From: Setoptus koraiensis
Taxonomy: Eukaryota; Animalia; Arthropoda
Direction: 5' to 3'
Assembly: GCA_048013815.1 (NCBI GenBank)
Contig: CM106586.1
Location: forward strand, 8,866,001 to 8,930,000
Length of the DNA: 64,000 nt
Shown here: positions 13,982 through 28,030 of the stretch, piece by piece
Position numbering within the stretch: position 1 is the first letter of the stretch
Layout: every line of letters begins with the position of its first letter
Translations under genes and position numbers: made by a program
Notes under the pieces: model-generated
What the model was told of the DNA's origin: nothing
The model's input: only the letters and a program-made list of their open reading frames with translations
The model's database searches: none

Positions 13982-15486
13982 AGGAAATCAGATGATAGGT
14001 GAGCTAGATTAGTGGATGGTGGTCACGTTCGAGAGCCTTCAGCTGGATTTTCAATTGTACATATTGAATTGTATAGGTGCCCGGCTAACTCAATTTACTG
14101 ACAATTGTGAGTTTAGCTTAAACTTTTCACAGCAACTAGAACATCGAGAATATTCGCTCACTGACTTTGCCCTCTTTATCTGACTGGTTCCTTTTATCAT
14201 GTCTGAATGTCAGCTTGAAACATCTCGTCGATTTTACACTATCGGTGGCCGCCAGGCGCGGATCTATTGATACGTGCATTGATAGGTATAATTGGAGCAC
14301 TTTAATGAGCCAGAGTCACAGCTAACAAAGTGCAGCACGTAGGCACACGTGCATTAGTGGTATAAATAATGCCCAAAGCCAATTTAATTTGGTCGCATTC
14401 CTTCACTGGTTTGCTGTCTCGTCGGCCAGCTCAGCCTCATGAAGAAAGAGCCATCTGATTAGTAGATTGTTTGGGCCCCCGAAACAATGAGCGGGCCCCA
14501 TTCGGGCTGGCAAAGAGTGCCATCAGACTGGCATTGTCAACGCAACGGAGCGCTTATCTCTTTATTTCTATTACAGTATTTTGTTGTTGTTGTTGTTGCT
14601 GTTTCACGGTTGCGACGAGTATTATCTGTTTACCACTGGCTTTAGTGAGCCGTCAGACAGCCGTTGTTTCGTTGGCATCGCTAACAAACAGCGACATGCA
14701 CAGGTGTACATGTTGTCGTTGATTATGTAAGCATATACATATTAGGTATGTATGACAATGAAAACTTTTCCACTCGTTGCCAGCTCCAACTCTCTGAAAG
14801 TATGCGAATAACAATGACATGTTAGTTAGTATACGGTTGGTCTAGACAGACAGCAACTGGCAAATTTGTGCTTTTATTATTAAATTCTTCCTTTCTCTTT
14901 GCGTCACTTTTGTATTAATACTTTTAGCGCCCCACTCTATCGCTAACAAACACAAACACTGCCCACTATTATACCAGGCACTAGTATAGAGACCACACAA
15001 TAGAGCAATATATATATATGAGTATATATGAGTATATATGAGTATGGACACACAGAGCGGTTGCCAATTTTCGGCGTCCATATGGCACTGGAATTAAAAG
15101 TGTATTGCTGGCAACAATTGAGGCCCCGTTAACAACATTTATCGCTGACCAACAACAGAGACAACGGCAACAACGGCAACAGCAACGTTCGAATGAAATA
15201 TCCGCGTGCTAATAGTGACCTTCGCTGTTGTGTGTTCGCTGGAAATAAATCACCGCTGAGGATCGCCGTCGAGGCTGCCGCCTCGTTGACCAATGTTACA
15301 GCAAAACTGTTGTGAAAAAACTTTGTGTTGACTGTCTTGTTGGGGCTGTTGCCAGCAATTAGGGTGCTAGTGTTAAGTTGGTTGCTGGGGCTTAGCTAGC
15401 GGCTGTTACATAACTCAACGGGCTCGGCTACAAGCGCTGTAGCAATGTCAGCCAATCAGGTAACCATGATTGATGATCGTTTGTCA

Positions 15487-15744
<258 letters not shown>

Positions 15745-16040
15745 TTAATTAGCTTGACACTAAATTGTCACAGAACAGATTATGCATAGCGGCACTGTTG
15801 TTGTTGTTGGCACCGATGTTGCCGACTACGGAAACGGGGCCCAAAGCAGCATCAAGACCTTATTATTATTATCGTTATTATTATTATTATTATCAGCCCA
15901 TTGAGAAGCCACCGAGCCGTTCGAGTAGCAGCGTGAGTGGTTACGTTGCCAAAATACATTTGTATATTTACATACACAAGACACATTGTATATGTGAGAT
16001 GTGTGTGTGTGTGTATGCAGAGTACCAATAATAAACTTAC

Positions 16041-16115
16041 AATTCCATCACCAGGTAGACGCGAGTTTTGTCGTCGTATATATCCAACAATTGTACAATG
16101 TTTTTATGCCTGAGC
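16041..16115 (-). CDS. CaMKI: CaMKI exon 3 of 9 (LRHKNIVQLLDIYDDKTRVYLVMEL)
   Basis: Kinase subdomains IV-V; cag| and |gtaagt; phase 2/2 fits exons 2 and 4. Too short for the ORF track. Confidence 0.93.
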
Positions 16116-16132
16116 CTGTTACGTTGCAGCGG

Positions 16133-16207
16133 GCGAGACAGAGGAAGAGGCAGAGGGAGAGACAGAGAGAGAGACAGAGGGAGAGACAGAGGGAGAGACA
16201 GAGGGAG
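16133..16207. repeat. 12-bp purine-rich tandem repeat (CAGAGGGAGAGA)n
   Basis: About 6 copies just upstream of the exon 3 acceptor on the - strand. Confidence 0.85.
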
Positions 16208-19200
16208 AGCGTTGAGTTGAGGGCTCTAATGAGGATGATTCGTTGTTGTCGTTGGATCAAATGTCATCAAACTCTACTAGTGATACACAGTTGAGCAGCA
16301 GCAAGTCAAGTGCCAGCGTTGGCCTCTTTTTCGAAGCGCCTTCTATTTGTATGTATGCGCTGTTTATGTATACACTGTTTATATCTATGCTGTTTGTATA
16401 TGCTGATATCTATTTATATTCTGTTTGTATGGTATCGGCACCACGTGCCGCTTACATGCCACGCACATAAACATTGTCAGCGCGATAAGATGGGGCCAGC
16501 AAAATGAACTAGTTAGCTTGACAGACAGCAGCGCATTACAATGCAGCAAATTAGCATTTGTTCGCTCACTGCTGCCAGTCGACTTTGGCGAGAGAGAGGG
16601 AGCGACAGCCAGATAAAAAAGAAGACAGACAGTGATCAATTAAAGTATCTCTGCAGTTCAGACAGTTGACGGCTGAAGGTCGATCGGGGCCGCATGTCGA
16701 GCTAATGGATCAGCCTGGCACTGTCAGTGTGTCAGCCTGGGGCTGCTCGATAACGGCGCCCGTCCGACGACGGCACCCGTCCGACGACGACAACGGCAAG
16801 AATAAATTAGATAGTGCAAATAGATAGTGTGTGTGCACATGTAAATAAATGGCGATGCCAACAAGCGCGAGTCAACATAATTGTCATGGGACCCATCGAA
16901 GCGCCTTCCTTTAAATCAATGATGAATCAGCGCTTGTTTCTATCACATTGCACACGGTGGCGACTTGAGGCAGCCGGCCGGCGATAACGCGTTGGCGCGC
17001 TGGCGAAATTGCAGCAAGTGTGCGCACGGGCATGATAAACGCATCATTTGCATGGCGACGACGGATAATTTTATTCCGTGCGTCTGGCTGGAAAATTGAC
17101 AGCAGTGCCAATATCGCACTAACCGCCGCGAACAAATTGGGTGCCAGCCAGCGCACGTTATGGTTTCGCCATTTGGCCATAACGCAACCATGAGGCAACC
17201 ATAACGCAACCATAACGCACCCATAACGCCCCACCCATAAGTGTACCCATGACGCAACCGCGGCGTAACGGGTGCTGCCAATGCGCGCCCAAAATTGCAT
17301 ATTAACCGGCCCAAAGTGGCCCGCAGCACTGGATCTGCGCGCTGGTGTCGAGATCCACTGCGTCGTTGGGTGCTCACGCTTGTCGGCGCACGCGTTTCCG
17401 GTCACTAGTTGAAAAAGCTGGCCCGCTGGTCATTACTGGGAGCTGTCGTTGCATGTTCAAGCTCATCGTTACCATTGTTGGGCGGCTGGTTGGCGCGTCG
17501 GTTCGTGCGTCGGTTGGTCGGCTGGCCGCGCTGTCGAACTGGCTAAACGTCGAAGCGGCCAACCCGACCAACGAGTTATTGTTGTGCCGCGGACAGGCGG
17601 ATAATGATAATGATCGCTTGTTCGCTGGCGCCCCTCAAAAGGCGAACAAATTGAGCAGATAACGGCAGCACCGGCAAACAGATTGAGCCGCTAGGTACAC
17701 ACACACTCTGGCTGGTCTCTGGCTGGTCTCTGGCTGGTGTGACTACCGGCCAGCGACACACACCGGCCGGCTAGTCGCACCAAATTCACGCACCAAATGA
17801 TAGCTGCAGTTATTTGGTTAGACCGTGACCGTTAGTGGCGCGTTCGGCGCGTTCGGCGCGTTCGGCGAGGCTCGCGGGTTCGGCGAGGCTCGCGGAGCCA
17901 ACGAAGGGGCCCGCCGAACGGTCAGCGGCTGCCCATTAGGGCCAGCACGCGTTACTGTGCGCACAATATTAGTGTTTGTGTGGGTGACATAACATGGCGG
18001 TTGGCCTTGAGCGGCACCAACTGTGGCCCGCTTGTTTGCCGTCCACTGGCCAGTCTGGCCAGACCGTTTGGCCCGTTTCGCGCCAAGACTGGACCAGGGC
18101 TCTGGTTGACTATTGGCCCAATAGTATTGGGTCGACTGTTGGCTTGACTGTTGGCTTGACTGTTGCACTGTTGTCTGTAGCGGGTCTGGTCAGTGTGCGC
18201 CATTATCGCCAACCAAACACCAGAGACCATTGTGGGTAATGTCGCGCTTCGGGCTGGCGATCGTCGCGTGCCGTCTTGCCAAGACGGTCTTGGCGACCAC
18301 ACTCAACTCTGGCGGCCAGTTGTATAACTGCGCCAACGATTAAGCGCTGAAACATTATCGTAACGGACCCACAAACACAAGCGAGACAGAGACAGGCAGA
18401 GAGAGCGAGGGTAATTGCCGGCCGTCATATCATTTGACCGACATTCATTTGTAGTGAATTGCAGTGAATTGTGGTGATTCCAAGTGAGTGCCGGTCAATC
18501 GTCGACTACACCGCCGACAGCGCCCCCAAATTCGCTGGCCACTGAGCTGGCCAGCGGTGGCCGCTCTCAATCGCGCTGACTCGATAGACGAGATTGGGGC
18601 CCCCGTAATGCGAGGCTCGTATCATGTACTTGTATGTATGATTGGAGGGCAGGCAGCTAAACTGGGCCGGTGACAGCGATCGCTGTGGCCAACTCACGAG
18701 ACTGAATCGAGTTCACGAGACGCAGAATCACTGAATCGAGCAAGCTGACTAGCTTGGGCAAAACGATTTGGCGAGATGGCGCGCTCAATCGCTGGATCAT
18801 CTAACTTGCGAGTGCAAGTTGCATGTGCGACGCAGTGATACGTCATCAGACACGCGATTGCTGTGAAGTGGCCAGAGTTTTGGCAATTGTCACTAATGTC
18901 ACATTAATGTTAATGGAACATTAACACTAATGCGTTAAATTGATGGCCGCTAATTGGCGTGTCAACTGTGACAGAGTTTGCCCACTTGATAATATCAATT
19001 TGGCCACTATCAGATCAATTGTTGCTTACGTATAATTACGGTTGCAGTGGCGCCCACGCAAGCAACACACTGCTAATTAGTCGCACTGCAGCGGCAACTG
19101 CCAACGGTCAACTGTCAACCGTCGACCGACAGCAATCGCAACGACTCATGCAACATCCGACAATCTTGCAATTGTCAGACTAACAAATTGTTAGTAACAA

Positions 19201-21906
19201 TTGTTACATCATCACACAATCTCACAAATCTCTTGTGTCCCCGAAGCTCTTTTGTTATTATAAAGCTAACACTTTATTGCCCGCGTTGCGTGCGTCGTCT
19301 GCGCCACGAACCGTTGTGCCAGTTACGCAATAAGTTGCTGTTGTTACACAACGATGACTGGCCACTGGCCAAACAAATCGCCTTGTTGTTACCTGTTGTT
19401 TGTTGTTGGTCGGTGCTGGCAACGTGACACTGTCGCGGCATGACGTACGGCATTCGCAACAAAATTGTAAGTGACCGTGTCACTGTTGAGCATGTACAAC
19501 CAATAATGTGCAATAATATATTACATATTGCGTAATACATGAATTCGAGTTGTTTATTGCTCACTTTTGCGCACTCCATTACACGCTAATGATTACAGTG
19601 TGTGACAGTTTACAGCAACTGTTTACAGTTGCACTCTGTTTATATTGTGCCCGGTTGTTGTTGTGGCCGGTTGTTGTGGCCAGTTGTTGTGTGCCAAGGC
19701 GGCCCATATTGTGGCAATATTTGCCGCTATTATTGCGCCATTATTGGCCTTTATTGCTGTTATCACTGGCCGTTGTCGCATCCAACTTTATCTTTGCGCA
19801 AGCCTCAGCAGTCAGTTGTTATGTCAGCGGGCTTGTTGTTTGTCTTGCTAGATGTGTGTTGCGCAACATCTACACCATTGGACAAACATTGCCCAAGCGC
19901 AAACTTGGCATGCCACCAGTGCGCAGCACAAATATGGGCCCAGTCGCCGTATATAATATGGGGCCCCCCACGGGTGACGCGGATATGCGCGGCTGGCGCG
20001 CTCGCGGCCGCATGCAAAATCGTGTCGCTCGTGACAGCCGAGTGACAGCGCTCGAGACTCGAGTGACATCACTCAAGTCACCTGATGCGCACGTTGTTGA
20101 TGACGCAAACTGTAAATAAATTGTAAATAACTGACTTGTGCAGCGACAAACATTGTGCAACTGGCACAAATGGCACAAATGGCACAAGTGGCGCAAGTGG
20201 CGCAAGTGGCGCAAGTGGCACAGCAACAATGCGCAAGGTGAGCAAGGGTTATGTAAGTGGTTATGTAAGTGGTGAGCATAATGAGCTGGCCATGTAACAA
20301 TGGCCTCGCTAATTGTGGCACAAGTGGCGACGGGGCGCGCAGTGAGCGGCACGACTCTTGTGACAAGACTCTTGACAAGAGGAGAAAAAGTCATCAGCGG
20401 CAACGGCGACCTTGGTTGGGGCCCCTCGTGCGCACAGTCAACACAACAGCTTGGCGCAATGCTGTTCGTATTGTTGTGTGTGCCACTCACGATAACACGC
20501 TCGACATTGTCAGACCGAAACTGACTGGCCGCTGAGCTCACATTGGGGCCCCATCATGGGGCCCCAATGTGGGCGCCAGCCCATTAAACATGCACGTGCA
20601 ACGTGCGCGCCTATTGGCACATTGGTCATTTATAATAAGCTCGCGAGCCGGTTGTGCTGCGGTTGTTGCTGTTGGTGTGGTTGTTGCTGTTGGTGTGGTT
20701 GTTGCTGCTGTGGTTGTTGTTGGTGCTGTTGTTGCTGTTGTCGTTGTTGTTGGTTTGTGTCATTACTTTTTGCTTACTCGTGCGCCCCGCGCGACACCGG
20801 CGACGGGTCCCATTAGATGATATACAACGTCAACAGTGTGTGTGACATTATAAGGTTATATAACGTCTCGGCAGAAGGCGAGACGTTACGTAACGTGTAT
20901 GCGTTTATGATGTTGTCGTTGCACACACACACACGCACACACACACACACACACACACGCACACCTACAAAAACACACAGTGCAACAGCGGTAATGTGCG
21001 CTTGTGTCGCCCAAGCGAAATCAAACAAACAAGACAAACAAGCTCGCCAGCGCAACCGATCGACGGTTGTCCGGCCGGTCGCCGCCGCTCAAAATAGAGC
21101 CATTCACCTGTATATACCAGTACATATATATACATACCAGGTACATGTAGCACAGGTAATAGAATTGTATTGTGCGTGTGCAGACTATATTGGCGCAAAG
21201 AGCAAAATGAGCGCGCCGGAGAGGGGGGGACCGAGTGCAAGTGAGAGCGAGTGGGCGAGCAATAGTTAGAGCGGCAATAGTGTGAGCAGCAACAAAGGGG
21301 AAAAAGCAAATATATTGGCACGCAACGCACATCATCCGACCGCCGGCTAACCAGCTATTAGTGTATTGGTATATTGGTAAATAAGTGTACGTTTGTGCGT
21401 TCATTCATTCATTGGCTTGTCATCGGTGTGTGTGTGTGTCTGGCAACTGTCCATTTGGCCGCCATTATCATCACAAGCTGCCCATAACGCACACACACAC
21501 ACACACTTGCCCGTGACGCACACACGCGCAACAACACGCGCACGACACGCGCAAGCACACACAGGTGAGCGAGCACACAGGTGAGCAAAGGTAAAGACGC
21601 TCAAGACAGCTCACCTGTCGTGTGCTGGCCAATGCTGGCGGACGACAGGTGAGCTAACTGGGCCCGGGTATTGAGGTGAGAGGGCATGCAGTGACGGCCG
21701 GCGCTGACAGTGGCGTCGCGCGCTGTGCACCATGCACCCGTTATGCGCGCAGCTTAACAGGTAACACAGCCGCGTAACGGGCAGCGCAACCGAATAACGG
21801 GCAACGAGCCGGCTGTGGCGGTCGGCGGCGGCAGTGGGCGCGGCGCGGCGCGGTCACCGGTCCGGTCGCTATAGCGTAGCCACAGTATCGCGTGTACCGC
21901 GGCCAG

Positions 21907-21951
<45 letters not shown>

Positions 21952-22487
21952 CTGCATTGTGAGGCCGATACTTTTCGCTGTCAATACTGGGCAAGTAATA
22001 AGCTATTCACCTGTGACGCGCCATCGGACAGCGTCCGCCAACAACAACAGCACCAACAACAACAACAACAAAAATAACGGCAACAGCAACCACAACAACA
22101 ACAAAAACGACAACAACAGCAACAACAGCGGCTCGCTTGCCAGCTGACTGCTCGCGCGAGCAGCTGACCGTGCGTCATAATGTGACTGTCATATTGTCAT
22201 ATGTTGACAATATAATATTGTGCTGGCCAACAAATGACATATATGCAACACATGATGATGTCATGACACAAGTTGTTGCGCAACACACAACAATGGTCAA
22301 CGTGACTTGGCGCGCCAAATGAGACCATTGGCTGGCCATTGGCACTATATTAGCGCTGTCGCAATACTATAAATAGCACACCGTTGCGTATCTATGGTCG
22401 GTGTCGTCAATGTCGCTGTGACATCTGTCACATCCATGACACACCGTGTATTGCGTAATACACTACACTCTATTACCTCTATCGCAG

Positions 22488-22517
22488 TGTTGCTGTTGTT
22501 GTTGTTGTTGCTGTTGT

Positions 22518-22570
<53 letters not shown>

Positions 22571-22595
22571 TTGTTGCCGTTGTTGTTGTTGCTGC
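22488..22595. repeat. (GTT/GCT)n trinucleotide-hexanucleotide microsatellite
   Basis: Directly visible; source of the poly-L, poly-C and poly-NS spurious ORFs. Confidence 0.9.
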
Positions 22596-24360
22596 CGCCG
22601 AGACGCTTGTTGTCGCGCTGTCGACAACAACGACAATCATATATCATTCATAGCCGGTGCGCCCGTTACAAGCACCGCTAATGCACTCGCTAGGCGCCGC
22701 CAGACACTGGCTGGCTGACGCTGGCTGGCTGGCTGGCTGGGCGCCTAGCGCCGTTCGCGACTCGCTAGTAGTGACTCGCTAACAGTGACCCGCTAATAGC
22801 GAGTCACCAATAGCGCCCATAGAGTCAGCATTGTCAGTCGTGCACTTGACACACAAGCCACACTCTGGCGATAGTCTAGACGCGCCAAACACGCCACAAG
22901 TATGATAATGACGCTCGTCGCATATATCAACAACATATAAATACATGGGCCCGGCGATATTTTTATTTTGCCGGTGCTCGTTGCATCACACTGGCTGACA
23001 CTGTCGTCGTGACATGGCTAATATTCACAATTGTCAGTTGGAGCCTCACAAGCGCGTCGAGTCACAAAATTGTTAAAATGGCGATAATACTTGTGAGATT
23101 ATCTCGTGTGACACTCACGAGATCTCCAATTGTGATAGCACAATCACAACGCGTTTTGAACTACGCCAATTGTTTGTAACAGTGTCAATTTCACAAATGC
23201 GCCCCCTGTCGCACCCAATCTGGCCGTCACAGCGGTGCAAACGTTTCCGCGAACTGCCTAGATAATTTCTACTAGAAATTTTCTAATACAATCCATCTCT
23301 ACTAGAAATTATCCGTTTCTCACAATTGTCAATCAACGCGCCACTTGCCGTTGGCACGTTTGCGAAATGCGACGCGAAAGGCGCCCCAACAATCGTCGGA
23401 TCTCTCCGCCGCCAGCGGATGCCGGATAAACGATCTAATCCGCTCGCGATGCTACATGCACACAACGACCAACCGACGCACAACGAGCCAATCTCTGGGC
23501 CCCCGACTCGGGGGCCCCGAGTTGCCAATTTCCACTCCATTTTGTGACAAGCGCCCCCATTTTGCGAGTGGCCCGCCAGCGGCTACACGCTCCAACCGAG
23601 CACATCCACCCATTGCCTGTGGATGATCTGCGTGTGATCGGCGACGAGCACCAGTATCGAGGCTGTCGGTTCGAATGGCGCGTCTCTATAATTGATAATT
23701 AATAGATCCGTCGAAGCGTTCGGATCCAGCGATAAATCGGCACGCATTTATACTGTGTATCCAGCGAGACGCGGCGCCAAATGGAGCGCGTCGCAAACCG
23801 GCCCGATCGGCAATTATCGACCCGTCATACGACATACACGAGATAGTCTCGAGAAGCGATTCGCTTGCCGGTCACAGCCAGCGAACGCGCCGCCAACAGA
23901 AGAATCAATCGACGTGACGAGTATTTGACACACCAATTGTCTGGCCCCGTCCATTTGGGTATCCACAAATGAATTTAATGCACTGTCTCGACTCGAGAGT
24001 CTCGAGTCCGGCCGTGAGCCGTGGACAGCATCCTCCAGGATCCGGTATTCATGAGTGGACTCGGATAATCGGTTGACGCAATAACGTCTAGCATACCGAT
24101 GGCCCGCCGATTGGCAATGGGCGCCTCGGCGGACATATCACCCATTCAATGACGCTTGTGGGTGCAAGTGTCGACTCTCGGGTTTTGTTGCCATCTCGGT
24201 CGGTCGGCTGAACGGCCCACGAGCAACAAATCTCGCCACTTGCGACTGGCCGACCCGCGGGCACTTGACGCGTTTGCCTGGAAATGGGCGCAATTTCCAG
24301 CGCGCCCACAGCGGCGAATTCGCAGAATTTCGCGACATTTCCCAGATATCGGCTAGTGCC

Positions 24361-24545
24361 AAGATTCGCTGCAATTCTCCGAAATACTCTGTGATTCTGC
24401 GAAACACTCTGTGATTCTCCGAAATACTCTGTAATTATTCGAAATTCTCTGGAGTTCTCTGGAATTCGCTGAAATTCTCCGAAATTCCCTGGAATTCGCT
24501 GGAATCTGCTGAAATTCGCTGGAATCCATTGGAATTCTCTGGAAG
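24361..24545. repeat. 10-bp minisatellite, consensus GRAATTCKCY, ~18 units
   Basis: Units fall exactly in 10-nt register (gaaattctct ggagttctct ggaattcgct gaaattctcc ...). Confidence 0.9.
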
Positions 24546-27456
24546 CCAAATGGTGCGATAATGGCAAAATTACCACTTGTGCCGCTCGCGCACTTGGCAG
24601 CAAACAAGCAGATTGGAGCCCAAAAACGAGTCTCCGCGACCGTAATCCATATCCCGCCACCATTATGAATGTTGCGCGAACAATTACAAGCGGCTCGGCA
24701 GGGGGATATGCTAACTGAAATCACCGGGGCAAACATGAGCCGCAAAACGGTGACGGGGCCGTCTCGTCTCAAATGGGCCAAGCGGGCCCGATGGGCCCCC
24801 CGAACCGTTATATCGCGCTATGTTGTATCGCGTTTTTTCGGCGACCGGCGCTGGCTCGAGACTTGGCTGGCTCGAGACGCCGGCTCTCTATCTTTATTTG
24901 ATAAGTGAGATAGATTATCATCATTTAAATAGTGTGTGTGTGTCTCGTGCGCGATAATAATAACAGTTAATAGCGAGGCGCAGTTTGCATTGGCGGCGCA
25001 TCGGTTGGGGCCGGCTCGATGGGAAAAAATAATGATGAAGTGGTGCAAATGAGAGCAAACGAGACACCAAGACAGCGACTTGATCTAGTCGACTGGCAAA
25101 AGAAACGAAAGATGAATAATGGATGATGCCGCTACCGCCGACAATTGAGCGAGCGGGCGGCGGCGGCGGCGGCGGGCGGCGAGATTAAACTTGGCAAGAC
25201 CGACTCGCCAAGATGATTAAGGCGAGCGAGTGGCGCGCGGGGGCGCCCGTGTCGATATGGCAACGTTGTCATATGGCTGGCGGGCCAAACAAACAAGATG
25301 GAACGCAAAGCGAGCGATTGTCCGGGAACAAATGGTGTGCAGCTCTAATTATGCCATTGTCTGATCTTGTTCAATCATCGCCACCATTTAGCGCCCGTTA
25401 TAATAACAGCAATAATAACAGCGACAGCGCCGCCGATAATAATGGCGCCAGCCAGGCAAATGGCAAGACAGTGCTGGCAAGACAGTGCTGGCGAGACAGT
25501 GTTGGCGAGCAATAGTTGCGGCCGATAATAGCGGTCGATGTTATTGTTGTCATTATCTCGATATTGAGAGACATTGAGAGAGAGAGTATTACAGCCAGAG
25601 AGAGAGAGAGAGACGGTATTATTACCACACAGTGTGTGGCTCGCAGTGCCGGTGGGCCGTTCCAGCCGGCAAGGTCAATAGGCTTCCATTGTAAGTAAGT
25701 GCCAGTGAGTAATTGTTGTCCTATTGCGTCATTGAGACATCGACAAACACTGAATAATTGAGTTGAATGTGAAATGCGCGCGCCCGATTAAATTCCTTGC
25801 CCCCAACACACAATCACTGGCGGCCGGCGAGTCAATTGGACTAGCTCGCCAGCTTAGCGTGACGTGACAATGACAGGGGCCCCCGAACGGGTTCGCCTTG
25901 GACGGGCGGGCGGGCGGGATGTGGCGCGGCGGGTATCGGTGCGCATTTGGGCTGACTGATTGTGAGTGTCGCATTCGGTGAATTTGGTGCGGATTTAATT
26001 GAATGAGAGCAAGAAAAAAACAATGCTAACACAATTGCGAGCGCAAATAATGTTTTTTCGTTTCGCGAACGGGCCATTATCGCAATACCAATGTATCGCC
26101 GTGTACAACAATGGCCCACAAACAATCGCCTTCGAGACGCCGGCTGACAGCGACACCGACGACAACAGCGACAACAACAACGGCGACAACGACAACACCA
26201 GCAACAACAACAACAGTCACCGTTCAGCCGGTGACTAGTTCAACTTTTAACTGGATGCGCAACTAATGAGCGCCCCCTTTGCTAGCTCATTGTTGTTTGT
26301 GTCGAGTGTCAAACTAAAGAGCATTGTCATTGTTGTATCCTGGCGGCCGGTATCTCAAGCTCATTCGGACTGCGGATTGCGAGCACACACTCGATGAGGG
26401 CCATCGAAAGCGTGCCAACTTGAGACAATACGACATGCACTCAATACTGACTGTGGCACACAATAGTTATTAGTGAGCGATGATGCAATAGTTCAATAAA
26501 TGATGGATGGTCTCGCCAACAGGCGCAATTGCACACAGATAGCGGCGCAACAACAGCCGCGACAACAACGACAACAACAGCGCCAGCATCAACAGCGACA
26601 GCGACAACAACAACAGCGACAATAATAGCAATAATGATAATGGCGCGGCTCAATAGGTTTTCGGCGCTATTAACAAGTGGCTTTGGGCCGGGCATGCCAG
26701 GCATCTCATTAGTTTTGTTTGCAACGCTCACCTCGACGACAACAACAACAACATCAGGGACAACAACAGCGACAGCGAGCGACGATAACAACAACATCAG
26801 GGACAACAACAACGACAGATGGCGCCGACAACAGTGAGCGACGACATCGGGCCGCCACTCGAGGCCAATGCCACCAATTGATCGAATGGGGCGCTCCACT
26901 GATGAGCATTATCCACTGTCTAGGCATGCCGTGTGTCTGGATATAAATTGAGGAGCCGATTGGGCAAAGCGAGCAGTGCGTTTGTGAGTGAGCCTTGTTA
27001 TGCCAGCGCGACTTGACAATGGCGCCGTCACGGGCCGCTCGCTGCGGGCCAACGCTGAGGCCGGGCCGGAGTTGAGGCCGTGCAAACATCGAAGGTTATT
27101 GGTTGGCCGGAGCGCAATTAATTTAAGCCGCACAAGACGCAACGATATAAGTGTGCGTTATGTACGAGCACGGCAAGTATATGTGGCAATAGTATCGACG
27201 GGGCCCCAAAATAACATTTCCTTGAATGGTGCTGGCTCTTAATTAAAATAACTCTTCTCTTGCGGGCTCCGATGCACTCTAACTAGACTGTAGACTTTGC
27301 TAGACACGGAACTAGAGCAAACAACCGGCGCCGATGTCGATCACCCAAACAGCGCAAGTGTCACGAGGCAATGATGATTTATTGCGCAAGAGACGACAGT
27401 GTTGTAGTCGCCACTACACCGCCATCAACAATAGCCACAACCGTTGTTGTGTGTTT

Positions 27457-27470
27457 ACAACAACAACAGC

Positions 27471-27513
<43 letters not shown>

Positions 27514-27516
27514 GCA
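27457..27516. repeat. (CAA)n microsatellite
   Basis: Directly visible, about 19 units. Confidence 0.9.
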
Positions 27517-27960
27517 ATTGGCAATCGGTCGCCACGAATTGGGCCATCATACAACAGCTAGCGCGCCGCCGATGATGATTACATCATGATGGAATGATGT
27601 AAATAATCGAATTGGAGCCCGGCACAAAACAATACATATATCTATGTATGTTATATATGTTATGTAATATATAATAAATGTTGTGCTGCCTAATGTATGG
27701 CTATGCAATATTATTTATTGTTGTGGTGTTACTCACATACCCACACTGCAGCGGGGCGCCACTTTCGCTGGCACCCCTGGCCGGCCACTTATCTGGCTGC
27801 GGGCATTGTGTGCCACTCACTAACAGACACATGAGTCGTGGCGTGAGTGGGGCCCCAAAAGTGGTTGTTGATATCAGAATACACCCAGCGGTGCCGTTAT
27901 ACGGTCATGTGGACGGGCACATACACCATTGTCATATAGACGGTTGCATAAATGACAATA

Positions 27961-28030
27961 GTTGCCGATGGTTGCCGATGGTCGCCGATGGTTGCCGATG
28001 GTCGCCGATGGTCGCCGATGGTCGCCGATG
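27961..28030. repeat. 10-bp tandem repeat (GTYGCCGATG)7
   Basis: Directly visible. Confidence 0.9.

Noticed and set aside
15081-15093. tatggcactggaa resembling the miR-263/183 family 5' end
   Set aside because: Similarity stops after about 12 nt and I see no precursor hairpin.
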